Position numbers and translations under genes: made by a program | Source of the DNA: Eledone cirrhosa | Taxonomy: Eukaryota | Reading direction: 5' to 3' | Assembly: GCA_964016885.1 (NCBI GenBank) | Contig: OZ024742.1 | Coordinates: 303,428,001 to 303,492,000 of the forward strand | DNA length: 64,000 nucleotides | Notes under the pieces: generated by a model | What the model saw: only the letters and a program-made list of their open reading frames with translations | Databases searched by the model: none | What the model was told of the DNA's origin: nothing | Part shown: piece by piece, positions 1-12,815 of the stretch | How positions within the stretch are numbered: position 1 is the first letter of the stretch | Layout: every line of letters starts with the position of its first letter

Positions 1-2658
1 GGCCTACAGAGACCGGATTAGCGAACTAGTTAAGCGGGCGTTGACGGGGGCCATCGTCAACAACAAGTGGTGGTTTGCTCTGAAAAGAGCGATTAGAATA
101 GAATCCATTAGGTTTAGTAAGGCTTTAGCAATAGAGAAAAATAGAGCAGAGGGAGAATTAGTTAGAAAATTAGATGAGGCGCTTAGCAAAGGCATCGCGA
201 CCAACGTACTTGCGGCGAAATTGGCCCTTGACCAATTCTTCAATGCAAAGGACGAATGCTGGTTGTCAGAGCTAGGGTGCGTGCTCTCAGACAAGGGGGG
301 ACGAAAGCCGTTCAATGGGCCCGAGTGGCGGAGGCGCGTCGTGGCAACAAAACCACGATCCGGTCTTTGGTGGTCCACGACGGGTGCATGCTACTCGATC
401 CCGGGAAAATGTGTGAAGCTTTTCAGCGACACTTCGCACAGCTGTTCGGGGGAAGCGGCGGGCCGGATCGAGGGATGGACTTTAGTGTCTACCTCGACGG
501 ACTGCCGGGGCTCCCGGCCACTGAGGCGGAGTGTTGCGAAAAGCCGAATAACCTCCGCTTAAGTACGGGTGGCAATGACTGGCTGCACAAGGGGTAAATC
601 GCCTGGTTTGGATGGTCTGCCCTATGAACTTTACGTACAGATGCCAGATTTGTTCGGAGGCCTCTTGGCGGACGTCTACTGCAACTGGCAACAGAACGGG
701 ATAATTTCCCAGCTCTGTGAGCCGAGGAGCTGGGTCGCTGCTGAGAAAGGATCCGAACAAGGGGCATAACATAGATAATTTCAGGCCCATAACTCTGCTA
801 AACACAGAGTTCAAGATTTTGGCCAAGGTGCTAGCAAAGAGGTTGGCGCTTGTCGTTGGTGGTCTGGTGGGAGAGACGCAGACGTGCGCTATTCCCGACA
901 GATCCATCCACAAGAACCTCCACCTCATGCGATACATCGTAGAGAGGGTAGCTAGGGAACCTGGCACAGGTGGGTCTTTGATCAATTTAGATCAGTCGAA
1001 AGCTTTCGATAGGGTCGACCATCGTTACTTAGCGGCAGTCCTGAGAGCGGCTGGCTTTGGGCCCGTCTTCAGAGGCTGGATCGCTGCCATGCACAGCGAC
1101 CACTGCTCTGTACTGAGAGTGAACGGTCACCTTTCGGGACCGTTCAACATCATGCGCTCGGTCCGCCAAGGAAGTCCCCTCTCGTCCCCTCTTGTACGTA
1201 TTGACTCTCGAGCTATTACTGCACAAACTGGAGACGTCGAAGGGGGTCCCGCGCGAACTAGGATGCGGAAGATCCGTGTCAGCATATGCGGACGATGTCA
1301 CCGTAGTGGTGTCGAATGCCAAACAGATCGAGGCGATCGACACTACACTAAAATAATACGAAGCGGTGACAAGAGCAATGATCAACCAGGAAAAGTCAGT
1401 GGGCCTGCAGCTCGGCACCTGGAGAGGCAGGTCCATGCCGTCCAACAGCGTCGTCGGGCGCTGGACAGACGGACCGGTTAAATTGCTAGGGGTCTGGTTC
1501 GGACCGAACCTCCAGACGGACAAAAACTGGGACGAGGTGACGAGCAGGGTGGCTTCTCTCACCCAGAAATGGGCCGAGAGGAAGCTATCCCTGAAAGGTC
1601 GAGCGGAGGTGGCCAACGCGTACATCGCGTCCGTCATCTACTACCGCCTGACCGTCGTACTTTGTCCTAAGCCCCGCCTGACTGCGCTGGAGCGTTTGCT
1701 CTTTTGCTTTTTGGTCAGGCGTTTGCTCTTTTGCTTTTTGGTCAGGCGGTCCATCTGCTGTCAACACCCGCTACGTGGATGGCTGGGCATGCCGTGGCTG
1801 ATGATGCGCAGACACGCGCTCAGGCTACGACATCTCCACCTCTTCCTCGACTGTGATCAGGTGTGGTCGCCGTTTGCTAGACATGTCTTTCACCAGCTCG
1901 TCTCCTTGACGGAGCTGCAGTCCTGGGTCAAGCGAAGACCGAGAGGGAGCGCTTGGAGACTGGAATGTCTTCAGGCGCTCACAGCCCTCGACCAATCGGG
2001 CAATGTGATCGGTGGAAACTCCACCTTGGCGTTCTATAGAGGATTAGTTGAGGGGAAGAGCGACGACGTACTTGGAGAAACTCTAGGCGTCGACGAAAAT
2101 CAACTAGCCAATCTCTTCGGAAGAACTTTCGGGCCGGGGCCTATGGATAACTTCCAGAAATCGCTGGCCTGGCCGTGCTCTGGAGGAGCTTTCCCAGTTC
2201 GGGATAAACTCTACAGGCATGAAGGTGCTGTCAGCCGGGCATGTCCGAGATGCGCGCAGGGCGACGAAACCGTCCTGCACGCACTCGTCCAGTATCCGAG
2301 CATTGCTGACTTGTGGGTTTATGTCGAACACCTGCTGTCACGTGTAGGACGGATCCAGCTATCAGCTGAGTCCATCGTGAGGATTGTCCCACCCTCTTCC
2401 TTTAGCCGGGAAGGGCAGGCAGTTTTTATCTGTCTGGTGGCCATGGCGAAAGAGATAGTATGGTGGACACGTTTGAAAGGGCTGAAGACGAGCACTTGCC
2501 TCTTCAGTGATGCCCTGATTAACTTTTTCAAATTTCATTTGAAAAGGAAAATCAGGGTAGAGAGGGAATTGCTCTCTATCCATCATTTTGTTGAAAGATG
2601 GGTGAGAGAAGCAAGTATGGCCCGAGTGAATGGGCCTACTCTGAGTATGTGTCTGTAA
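1..2658 (+). pseudogene. Disrupted ORF2 (reverse transcriptase and C-terminal Cys-rich domain) of LINE copy 1
   Basis: ORF-track pieces 41-562, 256-597, 569-769, 717-1481 and 1366-2658 join into one RT polypeptide via frameshifts. In-frame TAA at 1354-1356 and a short tandem duplication near 1690-1750. Confidence 0.9.
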
Positions 2659-2921
2659 ATTAAAGGTGGAAAACTGGGAGAGGGCACTTGCCCTAGCGGT
2701 CAGGGTCACTGTGGCCTTTTAATGGGCTTTCTCCACAAATGTCCCTCGGAAGTCTCCCCCCTATTGGGTAATTTTTCATTGTTATTTTTTTTATTACATC
2801 CTCTGTTTTTTTTACACGCAGAAATGCCCATTTGTACCGTCCTGTATTGTCTTGTACTGTCCTTAATGTCTACTTTATGTAAACCCTTGTGGTTAATAAA
2901 GAAAGCATTATTATTATTATT
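1..2921 (+). mobile_element. Tx1/L1-clade non-LTR retrotransposon, copy 1 (5' part outside window): ORF2, 3' UTR, AATAAA and (TTA)n tail
   Basis: Frameshifted pieces encode KSPGLDG, NFRPITLLN, DQSKAFDRVDH, RQGSPLS, YADD and a C-terminal CPRC..ETVLH motif. AATAAA at 2895-2900 is followed by (TTA)n. Collinear with 13595-16520. Confidence 0.93.
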
Positions 2922-3255
2922 CCTTGAGTCACAGTCATTGATGTTAGTTAACTGGAAAGTTTGTTGAAATGAATATCAATCCACTACCTGCAGCCTCAGA
3001 TATTCAGGACGTATCGGAGAGTTCTTGCTGTTCCCAGCAAGCATGCCTTTTGAAGTATTCCAAAAAGCCGGGCGGAACTAATTTTCTTTAACCATCCCTG
3101 GAAACTTTTTGAGATAGTACCTAGTGCGCCTATGACAATCACTTTGACTTCATGGCAGTTCCAAATCCTTTTTACCCCCCACTTTAAGTCCTGGTATCGG
3201 TTAATGTTCTCCCTCTCCTCGTGCACTCTCGTGTCGAATGGGCAGGCCACATCCA

Positions 3256-3256
<1 letters not shown>
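2922..3256 (-). mobile_element. 5'-truncated 3' end of an RLE-bearing non-LTR retrotransposon (R4/Dong-like)
   Basis: Minus frame 3256-2996 reads VDVACPFD..RYQDLKWGVKRIWNCHEVKVIVIGALG..LQKACLLGTARTLRYVL*, the C-terminus of a restriction-like endonuclease. Short 3' UTR, flanked on both sides by (TAA)n. Confidence 0.85.
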
Positions 3257-3304
<48 letters not shown>

Positions 3305-3318
3305 GTTAGTAGTAGGAC

Positions 3319-3376
<58 letters not shown>
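3257..3376. repeat. Compound microsatellite (ATT)n-(AGT)n
   Basis: Direct reading. Confidence 0.95.
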
Positions 3377-3377
<1 letters not shown>

Positions 3378-3672
3378 TATTTCTTCTGTTTGGTGTTGCG
3401 ATTATCGTTTGAGGTTGTTTCTCTAATGGCTATTTCTGATTGTAGTCGTGTGTTTCTCTTTGTTGTCAATGTTTATATGTTCAACTTTGATGGCAATATA
3501 CGGCAAACTATTGATGCTTCCGTTATATACCAAGCTTTGTAAGCTATTTCATAGGTTTATTGCCACTATTATACACTATATACTATATTTTTCACTCGTC
3601 TGATTACATCTTATATATATATATACATATATATGTGTGTGTGTGTGTGTGTGTATGCCTATATATACATGT

Positions 3673-3705
<33 letters not shown>

Positions 3706-5269
3706 CAAATATGTGTCTTTGTGTGTATATTTGACACGGCCTCTGTTGAATTGAATGTGTCCTTGTCAGTATATGAGTATGTGTGCGTGTTTGTTAATAG
3801 CTTGATATTATCACAATACAATACAGTTTGTCATCAATGTTTATATATTCTATACATTCCAATGTGATATCGTGTGGGTGTAGGCATATCTAAAGATACA
3901 CAGCATTAACACCCTCTTTCCTTCATATGAATATATACGTACACACATACATACATTCATACATACATAAATATATATATGTGCTTACTTAAACGTTTAT
4001 TATGTATATGCCTTGCTGTTTATGTAATATTTCATCTTTTAAACTGTAAGCATTGCATACCTTGCGGTATTTAGTCTATGATAATTAACATAATCTATTA
4101 TTTTTGTCTTTTTTAATATTTTCCCCTATGAGAGGAGAGATAATATTTGGCATGCCATTTATTCATGAGCTGTGAGAAAAGAAATAATACTAAAGAAATA
4201 CTACAAAATAATGGTATTAGTTGTTATATGCTCTTTTCAAGAAATGTAGGAAAACGATTAAAAACGTTGCTATAACAACATCTATGATTCTCCTGATGAA
4301 TACATTTCCACAATAATTTAATTTCTCAAATGTTATACATAACAAGTGTTTGTAAATTGTTATATGATATGTGATTTTACTAAAATGTTTGTGTCATCAA
4401 CTTTCTTTGTGTCATATACTGAATGGTTGTTACATAGATATGTCGGACTTTGAGATATTTCAGTTGATACTTTGTTCCGTCGGTATTTACATTGGAACGT
4501 TATGTGTTTCCGATTTATAGATATTAAACAAATATATATATATAAGCGTATTCAAAACTTAGCCTAGAAACATATAGAATTCAATGATGCGCCCCAACTA
4601 TACATTTCATAGGTTTGAGATTGAAGTATCATAATCCTCAAATATACAAAGCCATGTCCTTATTTACAAAATATTTGTTACTGGCGAAAACCTCTCAATC
4701 AAAACATCAATATATATATATAAAATCAATTTAATAGAAAAACACTTATCGAATATTTGTGTTAAATGTTTTTAGTTTGCTGGTTGGTTTTAAATAAGAT
4801 TTTGATGCGATAGCAAGGACATTGAAAAAAAGAGTATTTCTCTCTAGTAGGGTTCATATTCATCATGTTTGCCATCATCAGTATCTGAAGTCATAGAAGT
4901 TCACGAAAGATAGGCGAAGGCACTCAATGTGTAAACCTACCACACTACACCCATCATATACGTAATTTTTTGTGTGCTTAACAACATTACTGAGACGTGA
5001 TATATGTATACGATTATATACATACTAATATGTTATTTTCTATGAGGTCATTTTAAAATATATTCAATACTTCACCAGACACACTGATGTTTCCTTAAAT
5101 AAACAGCTGGTATATCAGCCATACAAGAGAAGGCAGATAATAAAGTACTGTGCACATATTTTCACCAAATCCAATTGTTCTTACCAAAAATATACGCATT
5201 TATAGAAAGTTAACAGTTGAATATATACTAATAAATGTACTGAAAAATGATATTGCTTCTATTGTTTAG

Positions 5270-5440
5270 TGTTCGATTCCACTGAGTTACACATTGGGCA
5301 TATGTTATTTACCGTAACCTTGTTATTGAAATTCAATAGATGGAAAATTTTGGAAAGTCCTTCAGATGGACTGTACTGTTAATTCAAGAGGTCAGCTTTG
5401 TCACACAACGAGTCCTGATGAATATCCCTATATGCCGATA
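5270..5440 (+). mobile_element. Degenerate tRNA-derived CORE-like SINE fragment
   Basis: B-box-like GTTCGATTCC followed by a body resembling 38245-38570 and the reverse of 21185-21525. Confidence 0.45.
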
Positions 5441-7035
5441 ATGGTCATGACTGGTCGATCACAGTTTCCACAGTCGATGGCGTCATATCGTAGCCTCAGT
5501 ACTGGAGAAAGACGTTTGTAATAGGATCTTTCCAAATAATTTATAGCGTACGATGGAGTTTCTTTGCTAGAAATATCTAAGAATTTCACATATTGACATT
5601 AAAAGCATGAAGAAACACGAGTTTAAAGTACAGTTGAGAGGCCAACTCTTTTAAAGACCTTGAATTTCGTGTTGAAAGTGAGTGTGCTTTGAAAAGACTC
5701 GGTGAACAAGCTTAACAAATATATTGTGAACAGTAAAATTTGTATTCCAGGGCAAATAATAAATATTTAAAAAAACGCCATCTAAATTGAGGGGGCGTTT
5801 ACATTAAATATGTCAGTAGGTAACTCGTTATTAGTTGCAGTGAAATTTAGATTAATGTTGTTTGTGCCTCAAAGAATCAGTAATAGGGAAAGGATACGAT
5901 AAGGTAAATTAATGGTAAACCTTCCCAAGCATGGGGAGAAGAGAGTGAACCTATTCAAAGCAAACAAAATGAATTAATGTGGCCAAAATTTGTGGTCTTG
6001 TCATTTTGACAAAGACGTTTTGTAAATAATAAAATTAAATGTTAGTAATTTCTGATGTTTCTTATTAATATAGAGCTAGTTTCCATTCTCTCAGTTTTGG
6101 AATTTACTGCTGTGGTCGTTCCCTTTTTCTCATGTCAGTCATGTTTGATATAATTCAAGGCTAATATATCTGTGTCGAAAAATGTGGAATGCTACCAAAT
6201 GCATTTTGGTTGTTAATCCAATCAATGCCGTTGTTTAGTTTCTTCTTCTATAATAGCCCGAGTTGCCACTAGCTGCGCCTTTTACCACCATACATTATTT
6301 TCTGGTACCCATTATATTCTACTGGTACGACATTTTTATTTTTAATATGTGTAACATTTCGGTTATATAGTGTATATATTAGAAGATACTCTATTGTTGG
6401 TATATATGTGATAGGTCTATACGTATGTGGGATTATATTTTTATTTGTTTATTTATTTAGTTGCAATAAATGTGCATTTTCCACGGTCAGTTGTTGCTTC
6501 TGATCTGCTTATCATTTCATTAAATGCGAGTACCAGACAGTCATGGGCACTGGTCTGGAGTTCAGACACACGTTGGGAACCATGTCTATTATTGATACTT
6601 TTCAGCTGCTGGTTGGTTTTAATATGTCAGTAATTAGCTTGCTAGTGTCAGTGGGCCAAAATGTTGGTGATACCATGATATTCCTCCTTGTGGCTTATCA
6701 AATGTGTTTATTGAATATCAGGTTGCCTTTCACCCTTACATGGTCAATAATATAAAGTACCAGTAAAGTACTAGGATCGATTTAATCGACTTTTCCCTTC
6801 CGTTGAAATCGTTGGACTTGTACCAAATGTGAAACCAATTCTTGAATTCCTCAGCCTTAAGATTTTATGAAACCGACTAATATTCCTCCTGCCAGGCTAT
6901 TAAAATCTTAAGTTAAGTTAAGTTTCTGGTTATTGTTCATCAGTTAGTTCTGAGTATCTTTCGGAGGATATGAGCAGCACCTATAATCATCGAATACTAG
7001 AGAGAATTTATTGGGGGTTATTATTATTATTAGTA

Positions 7036-7250
7036 GGGCAGTGGATTGGCAGTATCGGGAGAGAGTCGGACACCATGCTTTGCAGTTACGGTCCTTTATG
7101 ATCTGAGTTCAAATCCCGCTGAGGTTAACTTTTCCTTTCATCCTTACGGGGTTGATAAAATAAAGCACCAGTAATGCACTGCGGTCGATTTAATCGACTT
7201 TCCCTTCCCCCCAAATTGCTGGCCTTGTGCCTATACTAGAAATAATTATT
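7036..7250 (+). mobile_element. tRNA-derived SINE with a Meta-like central domain (family A)
   Basis: A-box TGGCAGTATCGG, B-box GAGTTCAAATCC, central TTTCATCCTTACGGGGTTGATAAAATAAAG. ATTATTATTAGTA on both flanks. At least 9 related copies in the window. Confidence 0.85.
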
Positions 7251-7801
7251 ATTAGTATTATTATTACACAACAAATGAAGGAAATTTATATTTTTATAAT
7301 TTTGTATCTTAAATATTTCGCTATTTCTAGAAAATTGATGTATACGTGAATAACAATAATAATGTCTCACAGGCAATAAAATCTATGGGAGAGAAAAAAG
7401 CTAAAGAGGGAAAGAAACAGTTCAGGCATCATTCTTGAGGGCACAGACAGTAAAGCAACCATGGTAAGACTAGTAATGAAATATAACTTGAGCGCTAATG
7501 AAATTAAAATATCTTCAGAAATATATTTTTTAAATGAATATTATTTAAAGCAGAAACAGTATCGAAAACAACGACCACATCAGCAGCAACAATAGAAGCA
7601 ATAACAAATTCAGCAACAACAGCAGCAGCAACAACTACATCAGCAACAGCAGTAATATAGCCAAGAAGGAAACAACAAAATATGGACAACAGAATAAGCA
7701 ACTAATAGAACAGTAAAGGTAACGTAGTAAATATATATATATATATATATATAAAATGATATTAAATAAATGGAAACTATATTTATAAAACCATATTTAT
7801 T

Positions 7802-7857
7802 TTATTATATATATTTCAAGGGTACCAAGACAACATTGGTACGCTTTCATCAGATAA
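7802..7857 (-). ncRNA. Minimal type I hammerhead ribozyme (PLE terminus)
   Basis: Minus strand: TTAT-CTGATGA-AAGCGTACCAA tgttgtc TTGGTACCCTT-GAAA-TATATATA-ATAA. Stems I and II pair, stem III is palindromic, and (TA)n lies just downstream. Confidence 0.8.
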
Positions 7858-9003
7858 AATACAAAGTTTGTTTTATAAATAGAGACGTACTCATGAAAAT
7901 CATACCTTATCGGTTGGAAATTCATTGGATAGTGGAAATATATTAGGGATTATTCAAACTTATGTGTGAATATGCAAATGAATATCTAAATAATTGAAAA
8001 ACAACCGTTTATTTAAACGACTATGGAGAAAGAGAGAGAGAAGATATTAGGGGAGAAAGATGAAAAATAGTACGAGAGAGAGAAGAAATAAACAAGAGGG
8101 GATGAATAAAACTCATATAACGTTAATTTGGGGGAAATTTATTCTAAGTATATATCTTAATAGTACATATATTTACGATTATTAGTTGTTTAAAATTTGT
8201 TTATAATATATTTTCTGTTATAGGTAGATAAATAAATAAATAAATAAATAAATAGATAAATAAATAAATAGATGGGTATATCATGTTATACATAATTTTT
8301 TAAATGAGTTATGAGGGATATTGGTTTTGTATTTAATGTAAATAAATATTAAGTTAAATTAAATTAACTGAGTTAATAAGAATATTTATATTTATATATT
8401 TTAAAATGGGAAGATACGGAAAAACCTCCAGTTTAATTTCTTTATTCGTTAGTATGAGACTATTTAGCCAAAATAAGTATAAATGTTGAAAGATATATTT
8501 AGCCAGAATCAGTTAGTGGTTATAAATCTAATAAAAAAATATTGAAAAAATATAAAAAATTTGAGAACATTTTAAAAAAATAATAATTTATAAGAGATAA
8601 GTAATTTTTAAAGAAATAAAAATTAAAGAAATAAAAATAAAGAATCAAAAATTATTAAGATTAAAATTACAATTAAAATTAAAATAAAAAAAATTAGAAT
8701 TATATATGTATATATTTTATGAAACTTTAAGAAGTGGAATTATAGCAAATGTTATAGATATTATGATTTAGAGATATCAATATATTAAAACAAAGTGGAT
8801 AAGATTGTTATGGAAATAAGTAGAAATATTATAAGTATAATTATAATTTATATAGAGTTCTGAATGTTGAATTTATGCGATGTCTACAAGAATTAAATAA
8901 ATTCGTTCTTAGATTAATAGAGTTCTTACGTTTAAGTATGAAAAAAATGTTCTCAACACACAATTTGCAGAATCTAGATAAAACTGTGTTTCGGTACATA
9001 TAC

Positions 9004-9252
9004 AAGGAAAAAAGATGAAATCGAAATGTAACTGGAGTCTTTTTTTTTAAAATATATATTTATGTGGTTCGCCGTTCTTCTGCTTTTCAAAAGGGTCTGT
9101 GGTTTTCCTCACATCTGAGAAAAACCACAGACCCTCTATCTCAATTCTACTTTTGAAAAAGCAGAAGAACTTCGAAACCGGTAAAGGAACCAAATAAATA
9201 TATATTTAAAAAAAAGACTCCAGTTGCATTTTTGATTTCATCTTTTTTCCTT
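9004..9252. repeat. Foldback inverted repeat (PLE terminus-like) with a decayed hammerhead at 9150-9186
   Basis: Arms AAGGAAAAAAGATGAAAT.. and ..ATTTCATCTTTTTTCCTT. The right arm has CTT-TTGAAAA..GAAACCGGTA-AAG, with a mutated core and palindromic ACCGGT. Confidence 0.65.
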
Positions 9253-9330
9253 ATACTTTCACTCGAGTAGGACACCTTGGTTATTTTTCATTTTGTAAAA
9301 AAATCTCACTTTCTAATATATATATATATA

Positions 9331-10199
9331 AATGTAAGTATGTATGTATGTATACGTACATACATATATGTATACAGACGTACAGTAGTATGTATATATA
9401 TATACATACATGCACACATATATATATGCACGTATCGATTTACCGAACATTTATTATAATGCTCGGTTTGTTTGTAAACAAACACCCCGAATTACGCCGT
9501 ACAATGTTTAGGCAACCACGTTACCTTTTTGTTCAACACTGACACAGGAACGATGTACTAGTTTCAAGCCTATTAGCTATCGTCAGTAAACCGATACGTG
9601 CATATATATATATGTGTGCATGTATGTATATATATACATACTTCTGTACGTCTGTATACATATATGTATGTACGTATACATACATACATACTTATATTTA
9701 AGTAACTGCCGTACTAAGAGTGAGAAATGAAATTTCGTTTCATTCTATTCCATTTATCGTTTTCGGTGCGTCCGGCCGACTAAACTCACTCGATATGTAA
9801 ATTAGGCTGCTCAGCCGTTAATATACATAAGGAAAGTATATACTTTCAGACGTTCAACCATATTGCAGGAAGGTATACGATGCTGACGATAACTAATAAG
9901 CTTGAAACTAGTACATCGTTCCTGTGTCAGTGTTGAACAAAAAGATGACGTGGTTGCCTAAACACTGTACGGCGTAATTCGGGCTGTTTGTTTGTTTACA
10001 AACAAACCGAGCATTATAATAAATGTTCGGTAAACCGATACATGCATATATATATGTGTGCATGTATGTATATATATATACATACTACTGTACGTCTGTA
10101 TACATATATGTATGTACGTATACATACATACATACTTACATTTAAGTAACTGCCGTACTAAGAGTGAGAAATGAAATTTCGTTTCATTCTATTCCATTT
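9331..10199 (+). mobile_element. HHR-bearing ~430-nt repeat family R, insertion A (inverted 5' segment 9331-9586, then ~1.4 sense units)
   Basis: Same unit as 26134-27729. Ends at TTTCATTCTATTCCATTTA into (TA)n. No credible ORF. Confidence 0.85.
9878..9918 (+). ncRNA. Type I hammerhead ribozyme (family R)
   Basis: CGATG-CTGACGA-TAACT aata AGCTT-GAAAC-TA-GTA-CATCG. Perfect 5-bp stem I, GUA cleavage triplet, one stem II mismatch. Confidence 0.8.
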
Positions 10200-10754
10200 A
10201 TATATATATATATATATAAAGAATTAGTATATCTACCAACATATGTATACAGATGCATACATATGCTAGCAAATATATAGGTTTAGTCTTAGTAACTTTG
10301 TAGTTCAATGCAAGGGGATGCAGAACAATTATATGAAAGACATAAAATAAGAGAATTATGGAAAATTGACTTACTAAAATTTCACTCCAACTAATTAGTT
10401 TCTGTAAGGGAATAAATATGGTTACGTAACGTAATCATAGAGAAACCTTACGTCATCAGGGAGTCTATTCTCAGCTATGTTCCTAGGCAATGCGTGGACA
10501 CAAGGAACTCATATAAAAATAATTCAATGGATGGAAAAACGAGAGCGGGGACGAAATTCCAGGACATTGAAAACATTCACTGCCTACTTGGTCAGTGGCA
10601 AATTCGAAAGGATCAATCACGTGACACTGAGGTTAATCAGTGAGGAGAGGGATGTTATTAAGACAAGGGATTGACCACTACCATGAACCATAGTAGTAAT
10701 TTCGGCAAATTTTTACTCAACAAACAATTTGGAGATAATTATAAATATATATAA

Positions 10755-10789
<35 letters not shown>

Positions 10790-11166
10790 CATATATATAT
10801 ACATGTATATATTGCAATGGCTACAAAAAATCACACTTTCCCCAAACTGCAGTAAAAATATGAGATGCAAAAATACTATCATGATATTGTACGGCCCTAT
10901 ATTGTTAAACTGGGAGAAAGATCAACAGCAAGATCATCATTTCGATCAACAACTGTGACAAGGAAAACACTAGTAGCAGCCGCAATAACATCAGCAGCAG
11001 AATACACAACAACAGCAGCAGCAGCAACAGCAACAACAACAGCAACAGCAGCCGCCACAACAACAACCACAGCAACAGCGGCGGCGGCGGCGGTCGTAGT
11101 ACCAGCAGCAACAACAAAAGTAACAGCAGCTCTGACGACAACAACAACAAGAAAGAAAAACCAATC

Positions 11167-12594
11167 TCGTTTGCAAGTATCGCAAAGAACCTGGAAACGA
11201 TCCTTATACCAAATGAGGAATTACAGGAAGCAAAGAAGATGGTGACTAAAAGCGGACATCGAGCAATCTGCAAGGCAGCCGAAAATCTTTTCGAAATCTA
11301 ACAGCACTGTACGGTCACGTACCGTTTAGTAAGCACAAAATCCCGTAGGGTTGAAAGAGCCACATAGGCTCAAATACAAAAAGCCTTAGGGTCTGTGTAG
11401 CAGCGGAAAACGCATATCACCCGAGGCAAGAAATATGCCACTGTGGAGGTGCTTTTTGCCACACCCCAGGAGGCAAGGGCTCAATCCTTAGTGACCCTAA
11501 AGAGCGGGGAAATGGTGTTGGTGCCCTCCTACTGCGGGCAAAAAATTGTGATGGTCAAACTGACCCACGTCCCCCCCGTGATGGCCCCTTCTTGGCTGGC
11601 CGCGTCTGTCCTCGTCGGAATCGAGGACAAAACAACTGTACTGCAAGTACAGAAAAAAGTACGAGAAGATTGGGTCGGCACCTCCATTGGGATGTTAATC
11701 CAAACCAACCAGGAGTGCAACGAAGCTATCCCGGATGTGAAAGACTTCGATAACGTCACTCAGCTGCCCATGAGTGCTGAGGGCTAACGCCCAAAATGCT
11801 TTCGCTGTGGATCGAAGACTCACCTCAGGGCCTTCTGCAATGAGAAGACTCTGAGAAAGGAGAAAACCCCCCTCCTTCCGAAACCGGCTCCACTGCTACC
11901 AGCAACATGACAGGCGGCAACCAGGAAGGATAGGTCCGTGGCACCCATACCCACGCCACGGAAATCAAGAACAGCAGCAGCAGTGGAAGTATTAACAACA
12001 ACAACAGTAATACCAACTGCAGCTATAACAGAGACTCCACTGCAAACATCACCAACAACAACAAGTGAAAGAGTGGAGCTGGTACCCCATCCCGACCTGA
12101 CAGAATCGGTCATGGAGTGTGAGATGGGAGAGCGATGGCAAAAAGTCGCAAGAAGGCACAAACGCAGAAGCAGCGCATCGTCGCCTTCGAAAAGGGAGGA
12201 AAGAAATGAAAAAAGGGTAAAGGCTACTGCAAAGAGACTTAAAGCAGCAACACCACCAACACTATCACAACCCACACTAGCCCCACCATCACCACCGGCG
12301 GCAACCCCACCGCAAACAACAACAACACCTTCAACACCACCACCACAAGCACCAACATCGCAAACACAACAAAACACACACACCCAGCAACAACGACAAG
12401 AAAATAGCAGAACCACACCCCACCCCCCAGAAAAACAAATGCACAGCAATAAATACACACAACAAGAAACTAATGACTTACATAATTTAACACACAGACA
12501 TTTCACAGTACGACTACATAATACCAGCACCAATCAAAACACCAACGAACATAAGACTGGTAAGAATAGCACAGAAACAATACACAAATATTAA
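11167..12594 (+). pseudogene. LINE ORF1 (nucleic-acid-binding protein, zinc knuckle), interrupted by stops
   Basis: One frame runs from SFASIAK (11167) through ORFs 11443-11787 and 11938-12594. After the TAA at 11785 it reads RPKCFRCGSKTHLRAFC (CX2CX4HX4C), then a Pro/Thr/Gln-rich tail. Confidence 0.8.
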
Positions 12595-12815
12595 AACGAA
12601 ATTCCCCAACGCAGTTGGTGATTTCAGAGACCTAGGAGGGACACTCAACCGGAGAGTATATTCGGATATACTCACAGAAGAGCCGACGACCAGCCGAAGG
12701 GACGATTCAACGGTCCCTTCACCAGACGATCAAGTGAAAAGGGATGGAGAAACCATCCTTCCTCTACGAGAAGTAAGATAAGTGGTCTTTCCCATCGTTT
12801 CCACTCTATTTCAAC

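Noticed and set aside
482-2709. Minus-strand ORFs overlapping LINE ORF2 (also 13157-16261)
   Set aside because: Antisense shadows of GC-rich coding sequence.
4290-4340. CTGATGA at ~4294 (also ~5416, ~21367 CTGACGA and ~21485)
   Set aside because: No stem II followed by GAAA, and no stem I pairing.
7036-7140. tRNA gene calls for SINE heads (also 30688 and 42870)
   Set aside because: A and B boxes are present but there is no full cloverleaf. They continue into SINE bodies, some with TSDs.
10865-11273. Ala/Thr-rich, poly-Leu and poly-Cys ORFs
   Set aside because: Triplet microsatellite at the LINE 5' end.
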